DNA of 63,074 bases, counting the filler, from Intoshia linei (Eukaryota > Animalia > Orthonectida), in the NCBI GenBank assembly GCA_001642005.1. It is 5 parts of 5 records of this genome, joined end to end, with 100 filler letters (N's around TTAATTAATTAA, not from the genome) between each part and the next. Parts side by side here need not be neighbours in the genome. Positions count along the whole stretch, not along the records: positions 19,293 to 48,617 come from LWCA01000390.1; 4 more parts are not named here. The stretch is one strand, 5' to 3'. Positions 27,801-40,845 of this stretch are shown in pieces; within the stretch, counting starts at the first letter, position 1; every line of letters starts with the position of its first letter. The notes beneath the pieces are model-generated. The model saw only the letters and a program-made list of their open reading frames with translations, did no database searches and was not told the origin of the DNA. Both the position numbers and the translations under genes were made by a program.

Positions 27801-30080
27801 ATGATATATATTCAGTACCAATTTAATAAATACTTAAAAATACCAATTGTGTATCAATAATTAATAGAATCTTCACTTTATAAACATATTTCAGGCGAAT
27901 TTTACCAATATTGCAAAGGATTGTAATATATATAAAAATGATATTAAAAAAGTTGTATTATTTTAGTTTTGTGCTTTTTTTACCATGAAGACTTTGTTTT
28001 CTGAGATTAAAATTTTTTGTGTACGGAAACTGGAAACAACTCTATTAACCGTGATTTATTTTTAAATTCTAGGACATTTAGCATTTTTTTAAAAACCGGT
28101 AATATGTGGTTTTGATAGTAATTTGAGATTACAATTTATGATAATGTTTATTACATTAAAAACTATTCTAAAATTTGTGTTTGATAAAATTCAAATACTT
28201 TTTTTTGTTTATATAAAAAAGGGTAATTTGTTGTTTTGATTATGAAAATGTAAGTTTCTGAGGTTAATATTTACGATAATGTTAATGATTTTAAAAACTG
28301 TTACTGTAACTTTAAAAACCCTGAATTTGTTTTTTAAATAAAAACTCACGTGCAAAATGGGTATTTCTAATAAAAAAAAGTAGATACCCTATTATATATG
28401 TAGTATGTTATGAATCTTCTAGGTGTGACTTTTACTTGATCTTTTAAACCTAATAATAGTAATAAAAATTTAATTTGTATGTTTGAAGTTAAATAGTTAA
28501 ATATTTTTCAAAAATTTTAAACCGACATCTTACATACATATTATTATGTACATGCACATTAAGTTTAATTATGATAGTTTCGCAACTTTCTTGCTGAGAC
28601 GCCCGGTCTCACTTCCTTTCAAAACCCACTGATTTAGTGATAATTAAAATTTATTAGTATAATTTATTTATGACTTCTTAACAGTGATTTATCCACGATT
28701 TAAATATGCAGTCAAAGTCCTAATTAACCAGAAGTTCGACACATTTGAATTTATTATGTATTTTTATATTTATTTTAGGTAGATTTGGATAATAATGGAG
28801 TGATCGATTTTTACGGTATTTTTTAAAGTTAATTAAATAAAAATATATTATAGAATTTGTTGCGCTTTTGCAACCCTTAAATGGAGATGCATTTGATAAT
28901 GATTCAATTGAATCAAAAGTATCCGATTCTACATCAAAAATTAAAGATAAAGAAATAGTGAAAGGAGAAATTCACAAAAGTAAAAAAGTTATCCAGAAAA
29001 CCGACTCCAATACAATAATAAAATTAAATACGGATGGCATGCCAAATTTAAAAAAACATTTAAAAAAGCAAAGAAAGATTGAAAAACAGCGTATAAGTCA
29101 ATGTTTCAAAGTAGAATCATTTTCATCATTGATTCATAATCCACAAACTGAAAGACAGACTAATTCACTTGAAAAAATCAAAACCGCAGACTATACTAAC
29201 TCTTATCTTAGAAACATGAGTATAAACATTTTTTGTTATATTTTATAGTAACTAATAGAGGCCATGCAGGTCGATATTATCTTAATACGGTTTTATCAGC
29301 TTATAATCATCATAAAAAAAATTTGGTTACGATTCATGACATACGGCTATCTTAAAATTAAATTTTCCAACAGAGTGTCTTTTTTTTTTTTAAATGTAAA
29401 ATGTCGTATTTTTTAAATGTTGAAATCAGTACATGATTAGTGACAGCACTAGTCGTCGTCACTGTTTTTCTAGACATGTGATACTAGGATAAAGAATGTT
29501 ATAAAAAATAATATAATTTTTTCAAGTTTTTTTAGTTTGCGACTTCTTTTTATTGTATTTTTAATTTTATTTTGTTTGTAGTAAAAAAATGTTACTTATC
29601 GTTTTAAATTTAGATGTAAAAGAAAATATGATATATTTTAATGAACAAGGAGGTTCATCTGAGTTCACTCCACCTTATATTAACGATCATTTATTACGTG
29701 AAGATTCTCTACATAGAAGAATGAATGTATTAAACGTGTCTCCTTTAATGTCCAAGAACAACACTACATTTGATTATGTCAATAAAATTAAACATGCAGA
29801 ATCTACCAATAAAAAAGAATACATAAATTATCTATTTAACGAATTACGCTTAAATGTCGATGATTACAAAACCCTACCAGACGACCAACGCAATATTTTA
29901 AATAAAATGAAAAACTTGTTGGATCCACCAAATTCGAATTTAAAAAAAGTATTGTCAGCGAATAGGGATTATCACCAAAAAGATGTAGATCCTTCCTTTA
30001 ATCAAAAATTGAAATTCAGCAGTTCACATATTTCTTCTTATTTAAAATATAGAAGAAATAGAACGATTGATGATTATTAG
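24887..30080 (+). CDS. Calmodulin-like 4-EF-hand protein with an N-terminal myristoylation motif and a long C-terminal extension
   Basis: Exons: 24887-24952 (MGNDKSKRVKIKKK), 25013-25187 (EYKKAFKMFDKDNDGSITMTEL), 25225-25424 (EF2 end, EF3 DKDRDGTIDQNE, EDMIKE), 28779-28815 (VDLDNNGVIDFY) and 28854-29219 (EFVALL plus tail). The link to the probable last exon 29614-30080 is unresolved. Confidence 0.75.
27365..28380 (-). mobile_element. Helitron copy on the minus strand; other 3' ends at ~10918, ~15370, 19103, ~33258, 35265 and 62520
   Basis: Plus-strand ACTAGCTTGACTGTTATGTAC-nnn-GTACAAACAGCACCTAGCTCTGCCGAGGGC corresponds to a minus-strand hairpin followed by CTAG|T. Confidence 0.65.
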
Positions 30081-30619
30081 TAATTATTAAGTTTACTTGT
30101 TCAAATTAATTATGTATATAAAATTAATTACTTATTGATTTTAATTGTATACTTTTACCTTTTAAAAACTGTTCTTCTTTTAATGATTTCATGTAAGCTT
30201 TACTTGTATATAAAGAAAAAGTTGATAAAATGTGTTTCTGTGCGTGTAATCAGATATTTAGAAAACTGAGTGCCAAAACTTTAAAAAACACAAATTCTAG
30301 CTTAGTGATTTTATGTGCAGAAAATACGATAAATGTCACTCTCAGAATCCTGTAACTTTACGCAGTGCCGAACTTAATGTTATCAAAATTGATCAGTAGG
30401 TTTCTCTATGTATATTAATTCTGATATTACTAATACTCTGAAAATAATAATATAATATTAATAATAATTAAATAATAGACCTAATCTTTCGTTTTTAACA
30501 ATAGTAAAAATAATTTTAGTTAATAATTAATTATAATCATTTATGAAAATAAAACACACCTAATGGTTATTTATCCATATTATTTTGAGTTTTTTAGTTG
30601 TAACTTTTTTAATGTTACA

Positions 30620-31430
30620 TCCTAACTTATATAATGTTGTTAAACTTGTGTGTGTGTGTTCCACTTTATTGAAATAACTACCTGTCTTAGAATTTTATAA
30701 AGTCTATATTTCAATTACAGTTTTTTCCGGGACGTATAATAAGATAAATTTCAACCTCCCAATTTCACATTTTACAAGTCAAAAACCGCAGTTGTCTTTT
30801 TGAAAATCAAACGAGTTGAAGAATTTAAAAAAATATATACGCTGATACGGACTTTAAAATCATAAACATTACCATAAATTTAAATGCTGATGCGGATTTT
30901 AAAATCATAAACATTATCATAAATTTAAATTTAAAAAAATACACTGATGCGGATTTTAAAATCATAAACATTATCATAAATTTAAATTTAAAAAAATTAT
31001 ATTTTCAAAGCCAAAATCCAAATTATCATTCTTTTTTAAATGAAAACAGCCCTAGAATTTCAAAAAATTTACAGGTTTTACAGTCGTATTTTGTTAACAC
31101 ACACACAGAAAATTTCAATTTCAATAAGTGACGACTTCCGATCAAAAAATTATTTTAAATATTTTAGTATTCATATATTTTATTTTTCGAAATATTTTAT
31201 TGAAACAAAAAATGTGAAATAATTAACGGTCCGAAAATTAAAAAAAAGAAGATTATTCTGATAGAGCTTATTCCAGTTGATATAAATACAAAATTTCAAC
31301 CTGAGAAATCTACGCATTCCCGATGATAAATAATTTTTAATATATTATCAACCATATTTTTCAAATATTTCGATTAAAATATAAATTGAAAATGTAAATA
31401 TTGATCCTACAATTTCAAAAATATTAATAA
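30620..31430 (+). mobile_element. Helitron copy with an internal ~45-57-bp unit triplicated (30841-31000)
   Basis: A|TC start and a (TG)n tract. CTGATGCGGATTTTAAAATCATAAACATTATCATAAATTTAAAT occurs three times. Confidence 0.7.
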
Positions 31431-31980
31431 ATATTGAATACTATTTTTAAAAATATTTTGATTAGATCAAACTTTGTTATGACGCTTCAAGTGAAAAAAT
31501 CAGCATTTTAAGGATTATGAAAAGTTCACTGTAAACTCTATAATGAACATCGTTATTTTTTCTATGTTACAGTTCTATGTAGTGTTCAATATATGCAGGT
31601 CTGACTGTAATAAAATCGATTTTAATGCATTCATTGGAAAAAATAAATTATTCGAAAATTGCTTAAATTTTTATTATAAAGTTGGTAATACTAATCGACA
31701 TGGACGAAAGTATAACATTTTAAATTTCAAAATATAGTAAATACGGAACACGAGGGCTGGGGTTAACATCTTTCAAATAGTATTGTAGTATCCAATAATC
31801 ATTATAATGATTTTACTTGATTATATTATACTACGAATTTATTACATTTTGCAATTAAATTTGGACGCGTGACTAATTGCAATTTTACATTTAATTTTAG
31901 TCTACATTTTTAAGCAACAATGTATCGAAATTTTAATAAAAATTTAGGTACTTTTAAGTAAAGTTTATTTTTTGAATTGA

Positions 31981-34900
31981 ATGGATCAGGCTAAATTATT
32001 TTGCAAATTTATTGACAATTCTCCCACTCCCTATCATGGTTTGTGTTTTTGAAAATTTTGTATAATAATTTGTAATAATTGGTAAATACAATAGTGGTCA
32101 AAAATTGTAAAGAAGAGTTTGAAAAATGTGGTTTTGAGTATTTGAATCAATCCAATGAATGGAATTTAAAGAAAAATAAAAGTGTAATTTAGATATTTCA
32201 TTTTGATTTCATTTTTATTATGAAAATTTAGTATTATACCACAATAAACGATTCAGCAGTTATTGCATTCAGTATTGGTGGTAAATATGAACCAGGGAAT
32301 GGTTTTATAATGGCTGGAGCTCACACAGACAGTCCCTGTTTGATGGTAATAATTATAAACCTTATTAATTTAATTATGTCATTTTCTTTTTTCATAAATC
32401 ATAAAAATTGGCTTTTTTTTAAACCTCGATTATATAGATATTATTAATAGTCTGGTAAATACTACTTATTTCAAAATGCCATGCTTAAAATTACGGTATA
32501 CTAATTATTATGATACGGATACATTTTATGTTCTACAATTTATTAGCAATATTTTATACCATTTTTAATTTTACCAACCTAACTTAATGAGATCAGTAGA
32601 AAGCAACAAAAAGTTTTTTTGTAGTTTTTTTTGATTAAAACCACAATTTATATATAGTAAAGTTAATTCAGCGTTGAGTTTACTAATTTAATGTTATCTA
32701 ATTTTTTATATAGTGTCACAATATATATTAGCAATTACATTTGTTTAGCTGAAACCATCCCCAGATCGCTTTGAGCACACATATCAAATGGCTGCTGTCC
32801 AAACTTATGGAGGTGGAAATTGGCTATCTTGGTTTAATCGTGATTTGATATTAGCTGGACGCGTTATGCATAAAGTAATGTTGATTATTTATTTTATTTA
32901 AATGTAACGTTTCAGAAAAACGGTAAAATAGTTGCATCTCTATTGAAAACAGGTATTGTCGGTACAGTTCCACAGATAGCACCTCATTTGTACCCGGATT
33001 TAAATAATGGATTTAAGCTCAATAAAGAAAATCATCTGTGCTTATTTCGTTTATTAAATAATGTTTAATTTAGAAATGTTATATTGGGACTGAATAAGGA
33101 TAATGTAAGGCGTTTGTTTTTCTAAATTGAATTTTTTAAAGTGCACAATTACTTCCATCATTGAAAAACATTTGAAAATTGAAGAAAAAGATATTTTAGA
33201 TTACGAATTATACTTTAGTGATGCGCAATTGTCGGTGTGTTTTTATTTTATTGTGTACTAATTGACTGTTATGTACTACGTACAAACAGCACCTAGCTCT
33301 GACAAAGGCGGACATTTTTATTTTACCAATAAAATAAAAAAAAATTGATTCAATAATAAAATCTAACTTAAAAATGCTATTATTCACTATTACCAATTTT
33401 TTATAGGAGTGGTTCCAAAACTTGTTTCACGTGGACCCGTCATATCATATTACCTTTTAATTTAAAGTGAATTATTCCACATATCTATTTATGAAATTAA
33501 TATCAAATAGAATGTGCTGTATTAGAATAATCTTTTTTTAACTGTTCTATCGTTAATTATTTTTATTAATTATTCCGTAGTTTTCAAGTAAAAAAAATGA
33601 ATACTAGAGTGCTTTTTTGACTGTTAAGGTGTCACTTTGTCACATTGAATTTTTTAATGTGTGTGAACTGGATATAACTAATTTTTTTTAAATTCGAGGG
33701 CTGTTTTTATTTTTAAAAAAAGGGTAATCTGTGGTTTTGATTGAGAAAATTATCTCAGAATTTATGTTGTATAATATTTTTGTGTAAAGATTTTGTCAAT
33801 TTGTAAATATCAGGCTAATTTACTGAAAATTATGTCATAACTTATATGTAGTGATTGTGCCGGGAAAAAATTCCCGGAATATGTAATAATTTCTGGGAAT
33901 TAAATTTACCGGGATTTTTACGATTTCCCGAAAAAAATTGACACATACATGTACTTGATTTATGTTTGTTATTACTATGAAAATATGATTATATTATAAT
34001 ATTTAGTATTTACCATTTCAAAAATCCCACCACTAATAAAATTTAATCCAAAATACTATTTCAAGCCATCATGGAAAAATTGATATGAATAAAATTTTTT
34101 TATTTTTCACGGGAAATCACAATCACTATTTATACGGCATAATGTTGGATTATGGGATCACTTATAATCCACCTTTTATTTGCTGAAAATACATTTGTTT
34201 TTTCTAATTTTTTATTTTAGTCTATTGGAGGAGCAGATGATGATTTCATTTTTGGACCTAGACAAGACAACCTTATTGGCACATTTACTTTACTTCACGT
34301 ATGTTTATATCAAAGTGCTTAACCTTTTGTCTCGCAATCTCATTTTAATAATAATAATGATATTTGCGATGCCACATCACTTTTAATTCTGACAACAAGT
34401 TAACAGGGCAATAGTATTGATGGTGAAAAATAGTTCGTTCTTTAGGCTATATATTAGGGGTGTGAATTTTTTCACTTTTTTACGAAAATACAATAGTGCC
34501 ACCCATACGTAGAAGATGGTGACGTTGAATGATACACGATTATTAAAAAATTATATAAAAAGGATTAAAAAAAACCCTGAGGCAAAGCACTTCAAAATAT
34601 GAATAATGAGCAAAATTTAATTTATTTTGTATAGTAAATTTCATAATAATAATTGTTTCCATAACAATTAATTTTCAATTGATATTTTTTTTAATATTAT
34701 ACAGTTTACAGTTAAGAAATCTAATTTATATTATTATTTAAAATTATTAGGCATTAACTAAAGCAAAAAATTTATCAACTGATAATGTGATTCGTTTTTT
34801 CGCAGCTTATGATAATGAAGAGGTAAATATTTATTTTTAGTAATTTTAATTAATTGTCATACAATCTACTAGACTTTAGTAATTAGAGTCTAAAATATAT

Positions 34901-37003
34901 CATTCTTTTTTAAAAAGTTATAATTATCATCATAATATTTGCAAACTGAATAGTGATTGATACAACTATGGTTCAATTGTTAGTTTTTACTGTATTCTTA
35001 AAACATTGAGCCAATATAAAAATAGTAAAAATGATGTTTTTAGCTGTATATTAATTTACATTTTATATAGGTTGGTAGTAAAAGTGTTCAAGGAGCAAAT
35101 ACTTCCATTACCCGCAACATAATTAATCGGATTGTTACAAATTTTAAAGATAAATTTGGTTTACTCGAAAGGACGTTACATAACTCGTTTTTACTCAGTG
35201 TTGATTGTGGCCATGCTTTACACCCGGCACACACGTAAATGAATTATAAATATTTTATAATTGACTAGCTTGACTGTTATTTAATTTGTACAAACAGCAC
35301 CTAGCTCTGCCGAGGGTGAACTATTTTAATTATACTAAAAAAATAAATTAAATAAAATCTTAATTAAAAATGATAATATTCATTATTACCAATCATTTAA
35401 AGGAGTGAACCTTCATTATGGACCAGTCATTTCCCATTAGATTTTTATTTTAATTGAATTATTCCCACTTAATTTTATTTTGTTAACATTCGTGTAAATA
35501 ATTTTAAAAACAATTTTGTGATGCGATTTTTTTAAATTATTAGAGATCATGAGTGTATAATCTTAAAAATAAAATAAAAATAGTACAATCCTAAAAATTG
35601 TCATAAATATATTATATTCTAGGATTGATTTTATTTTTAAAAAAAGTGTAAATTAGGTTTTTTAGCCTGAATGACTCAATTTCAGAAAATGAAACGTAGA
35701 TATAAACATCACTCGCGAAAAACTCTATTTGAATTGGGGGTTTTTTTTTAAATTCTAAGACTGTTAATTCTAGGTAATACAGACATTCAATTTTATATAA
35801 GTTTTTATACATTTGGGGTGTTTACAAACGGTAAAATACATAATCTAGTAAAAAAATTTTAAATCAAAAATTATTTATCGTCATTTGGTTAAAATGTTAA
35901 ATTCCTTTCCTTAAATTTCATAGCTAAAAACAAAAATGCTAAAGTATCACAATTTTTTTAAGATAATTATTGGTTATGAGTCGATTCTTTCAAAATTGAG
36001 TAACAGTAACAACTTGTTACTAACAGGTAATTGAAAACACTCACTATAGTAAATTTTATTAATCTAAAATTATGTGATTTTTATTTTGAATTATGGAAAG
36101 GGCGATTTGTAAAAATATGTTTGAATTATAGTCTTAGAGGGTCGATTCTAAAAAAATGTTGAGAACCCCTGTTTATATTATTGATAATGATTATTTTCGT
36201 TTTTGGAGTTAATTAGAATACAATTAAACTATTATTTGCCTACTCTTAGTCGGACTTTGGTATATAAAAATTGAATTCCACCCGTATTTTTTTCGTCACG
36301 CTGCGTAAATGATGACCATTATTGGCTCTAGTATTCCGATAAACTGGAAAACTTTAGTATATGCAGTTATTTTTCCAGTAACCATTTATTATGATATGAT
36401 TAAATTGACTATTATTGTAATTAAAATTTAACGGATTTGACTTTTCTAAATTTTACTAAAAATATTTCAAAGTTCAAAGGTGATAAAGTATTATCTTGCA
36501 ACAGCCTTGTATCAACTTTTGTGTAATTTATATTATAGAAGCTATCATGTTTATGCGACTAGCCCGAAATTGAACAAGGTAATCCATTAAATGTTGTTAT
36601 TTACTAAATTAGGGCCCTGTTTTAAAATACAATGCATCTCAAGCATACACAACGAGTAGTATTGGAGCAGCTATAATTAAGACCATTGCTAAATCCAACA
36701 ATATCATGCTTCAGGTACTTTACTTATTGTCTTGTTTGATTATAATTAGGAATTTGTGAACCGATCGGATGTAGGTGGTGGCTCTACTATTGGTCCGTAT
36801 TTGTCTACTAATTTGGGAGTTCGATCAGTTGACCTGGGAGGAACTCAACTCAGTATGCACTCTATTAGAGAAATGTGCGCAGTCAATTGCATTTCTAGTT
36901 GTACAGACTTGTGGAAGGTTACATTTTACCGATTTAATTAATTATTGTTTAGGCTGTCTATGAATCATTTTCAACCATTGAAATAGAACATTTGAATAAA
37001 TAA
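31981..37003 (+). CDS. DNPEP: Aspartyl aminopeptidase (peptidase M18), ~14 exons
   Basis: Motifs [56 protein letters not shown] and [14 protein letters not shown]. Stop TAA at 37001-37003. Confidence 0.95.
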
Positions 37004-37171
37004 AATGCGTTGTTATTAAACGATATACTTGGTTGTGTTCTTTTTTCACAGGTATTTATTGGAAATGCAGTTACTCAATATGTTGCTATAAACATAACTT
37101 TCCGCTTTTATAATTGTATATTAATTTATATTCAATATACGTATGGGAAATAGAAATTAATTTTCAACCTG

Positions 37172-40100
37172 ATGATTTTCACTGATCCAGCAGGAAGGCT
37201 TGGCATATTTTGTGTTTTTATCGTCTTATCTTTGGGTATATAACTTGTAGTTTAAAAGATGAAATAACTATTTATTTAATTACCCTAGTTTCACCTCAAT
37301 GTGTACAGCTAACCGATACTCATGATTATTGTATTACGTACAGGTCAGGCCAAGTTACTTGGTCCGAAGGTTATCGACAATGCAAAGCTGTCAAAGGGAA
37401 TTTACTCATACCTGATGATGCCAACAAATTACAATTGATTAAAAAATTTTTAAGATATGGTCTTCGTAATAATAATATTAAATATTGGTTATCTGCAAAA
37501 TACATGTATACAAATTGGGCATGGATATACGGTACATTTCAAAAAACACTAATTATATTGTTAGATGATATGCCGGCTTTGCAACAGGGCTGTTACACCT
37601 CAATAGATGCTTATAAACTATATATTGAATCTGGGGAAACTGTGTATATGGGTTTGCAAAAAATATTTCAACAATATTCCCGTGAACGCATGTCTAGTTC
37701 TACTTGCATTGGTTCTTGTCGGGAAAGAAATGCCATGTACGCCGGATTTAAATTTTCCATTGGAGTAAATATTTTGGTTTTGGCATAGTTCTTTATCCTT
37801 ATATTTAGTGCTTCTGTGGAAATGGTCAAATAAATATTAATACATTAGAACGAAATATATGCGACAATTGCGAATTTTCGCATGATATAAATAAATGCAA
37901 GGATACCATTATATTGTATCAGTTAAGCGGTAATAACGTATTACAATTACAACTATAAATTAACAATTATATAAGGGTACCGAAAACGTACGCTTTCAAT
38001 CATTATTTAATTTATATAATATTAATATTTAATTTACCGATTTAAAGTTTCATAAAATCAGTTCATGCAATAAAATAATGATTGATTCAAACCACATAAA
38101 ACGTCTACATTAATCATTAAAATTAAACTACAATTTTCGACCATTTTAAAAAAGAACCTAAATAATTTTTAATTTATTGAAAAGTTCGATAAAACCATTT
38201 AACAACGTGAAATTTTAAAAAATCGGGGATAGAAAATTTATTGGTACAACACAATGTACAATTTAATGTAATTAAATATTTTAGGAGTTAATATAGATTG
38301 GGGTGCATATCAACCAAATAATTGGAAAGAAGATATCAACGAAAATCAAAATTGTGGTGCCATTGCAAAAGATAAATCATTCCGATTAATCGATGAGCAG
38401 TGTTACAAAAAATTTAGATACCTTTGTGAAACTGGAAATTCTCTAAGTAAAATTTACATTGTTTAATAGAATATACATATGTATGTATGTAAAAAATAAA
38501 TTAAAATAATTGACGATGTACGATTATTACTGAATCGTATTCAGTACCTGACACGATTTGGGTCACTTTTTTAATTTTTTTTATCAAAAAATTAATAAAA
38601 GATTGAAATTTTAATTATTTCAAATGAATGATTTAAAATTATGCAATTAGATCCCTATTGGATAAGTTCAATGCAAGACATTGCAAATTTTTATGATTCC
38701 TTTATAAAATGTAAAGAAAGAGGGTACAGACTAGCTCAACTCATTCACCCAGAAGAAATTGAACAAGCCAAAGCCTACATACGTTCACAATTAAAAAAGG
38801 ATTATCCGGATTTATCTAGATTGCAATGTGTTTACGGGAAAACAGAATACAAATGCAACTTTTATGTAGCTTTAGCGAGGCAAAAAGTGTATTGGACTGA
38901 AAACAGTAACTGGAAATTTTTTAAATATACATTTAAATAGAAAAATTGGTAGACAACTGTGTTTGGAATTATTCTCCTACTGGGTTGACCGATTCATGCG
39001 TGGTGCAATTTAACAATACCTGTTATATTCAAGATTGTAATAATGCCATTGAACAAGCTGATTTTTTTTGTGAATACAGTAACTTTAACAATACATTTTA
39101 CTTGAATTTCTTTAGTTCTTCCAGTTCTACACAAAAAGAGCGTTATAGTGAAGCGCAACATACAAAAACCAAACAATTTAGTCGAAGGTCCCGACAATTG
39201 GTATTCCTATAGAATGACCATACCTTCCATCAAATACAATAGTTCCTTAACCGACATTTACCAAGAAAATTACAACAATATTTTTTATGATGTAATATTT
39301 TTACATTTTTAACTTTTTTTATATTTTTTTTAGTTGTACAAGTTAATTCCAAATTCCTTAAACCAATATAGTATTATCCGAGAAATGGTTCCAATGTAAT
39401 ATTTTTTAAATTTTTTATATTTTAAACATAGGGAGGATTCTAATGGAAACTTAGTTATCGATATAATTCTAACCAGTAGCGACACTAAAGAAAATATACA
39501 ACTCAAATTAGATACGTATAAAAAAAATAGTACAATTTAAAGTGACGTATTTAATTATTTTTATTGTAGCTATTATTAAAACTACAATACCCACACCTCC
39601 AACCAGCAAACCTACTATCAAAACAACAACTTCTATACCTATAATTACTACCATAACCAATAGTACCTTACCTATTGCCAATACAACTATTAATGTTACC
39701 ACTACTACTCCATCCAGTAATTTACCGAGTGCGGGGGCATCAACAAACATTGATACTACATCGTTGTCTTTCCAAATTGGTATGAGTTTTTAATCAAAAA
39801 TGTATATTCAAAATTTTAGTGGTTGTTGCACTTATCGTCATTGTCCTGATTATAATAATTATTGTCATCATTTGGTACAAAAAAAAGTACATTTAAATTA
39901 ATTACAAATAATACCGTTTTAGAAACTCGGCATCAAAAGTAATATCTGTTGATGCACGTGATAAAGCATCACGCCCATGTTCCCTTCAAAATGAATGTAT
40001 ATTTTTTAAATTTAAATATTGAAAAAAAATTTAAACTTAAAGTTCCAAGGCACGGTTTTAGAATATTTACTAAATATCGTTTAGAAATAGACCACCAAAC

Positions 40101-40801
40101 TTTTTTAACTGGTTGACCGAGAAATAGATAGATAGATACTGGTAAGTGTATCGTGTTGTCAATCTGTTGTCGGAATTAGTAAATAGAAAAAACCTTTGGC
40201 GACATTGTACTAGACCCTACTAAGGTGTGGCTCCAGTCGGGTCCATCAAGAAAATACCATTATTTATTTAAGATATTTTTCAATGGGAATACTTCTTTCT
40301 TTTTTATCTAGATCAACTTGAATAAGTTGTCAGAATTTATATTTTTTTTAATTTTTGAAAAAAAAAATAAATTGTGGTTTTGAACGGAACGAGCAAATTT
40401 ATCTTAATGTTTGCGCCAGAAAAAACTAACTTATAATTGTGTTTTACCATTTCAGGGGTGATTGGTTTTCTCTAAATGGTTACACACATATTTTTTAGCA
40501 ATAATTACTTTATACCAGGGGTTCTTAAACTTTTTTCATCCATCGGAAAAAGATTGCCTGCATCTTTCCAATGTACATTATCTTTTCCTAAATCGAAAAT
40601 GGCCGCCTTATAACTACCGTGTTTTAAATTTCCAGGGAATTTATAAATATTGTATAATCGTAGTTAATAAAATAATAAATAAAAGTTAATATGTATTTTT
40701 TAGCTCTATTTATCAATGACCATTCCTACATGTCAGGAACAATTACAAAAGTACCTCATACAACAAACCGACAAAATTGCAATTGGTTTGATGTTTCATG
40801 A
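37172..40801 (+). CDS. Type I membrane protein: signal peptide, C-type lectin domain with inserted WSC domain, second C-type lectin domain, Thr-rich stalk, TM helix, short tail
   Basis: MIFTDPAGRLGIFCVFIVLSL; TWSEGYRQC...YWLSA...WAW; QGCY...MSSSTCIGSC...YAG...CFCGN; WGAYQPNNW...NCGAI...DEQCYKKFRYLCE; second lectin domain ~38650-39078; Thr-rich 39570-39779; VVVALIVIVLIIIIIVIIWYKKK; stop at 40799-40801. Confidence 0.8.
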
Positions 40802-40845
40802 AGAATAAATTAATAAAAACATTATATTCAAATTTTATTTAAAGT

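Noticed and set aside
30841-31000. CRISPR-like repeated units
   Set aside because: There are no unique spacers and no cas genes. It is a tandem amplification within a Helitron in eukaryotic DNA.
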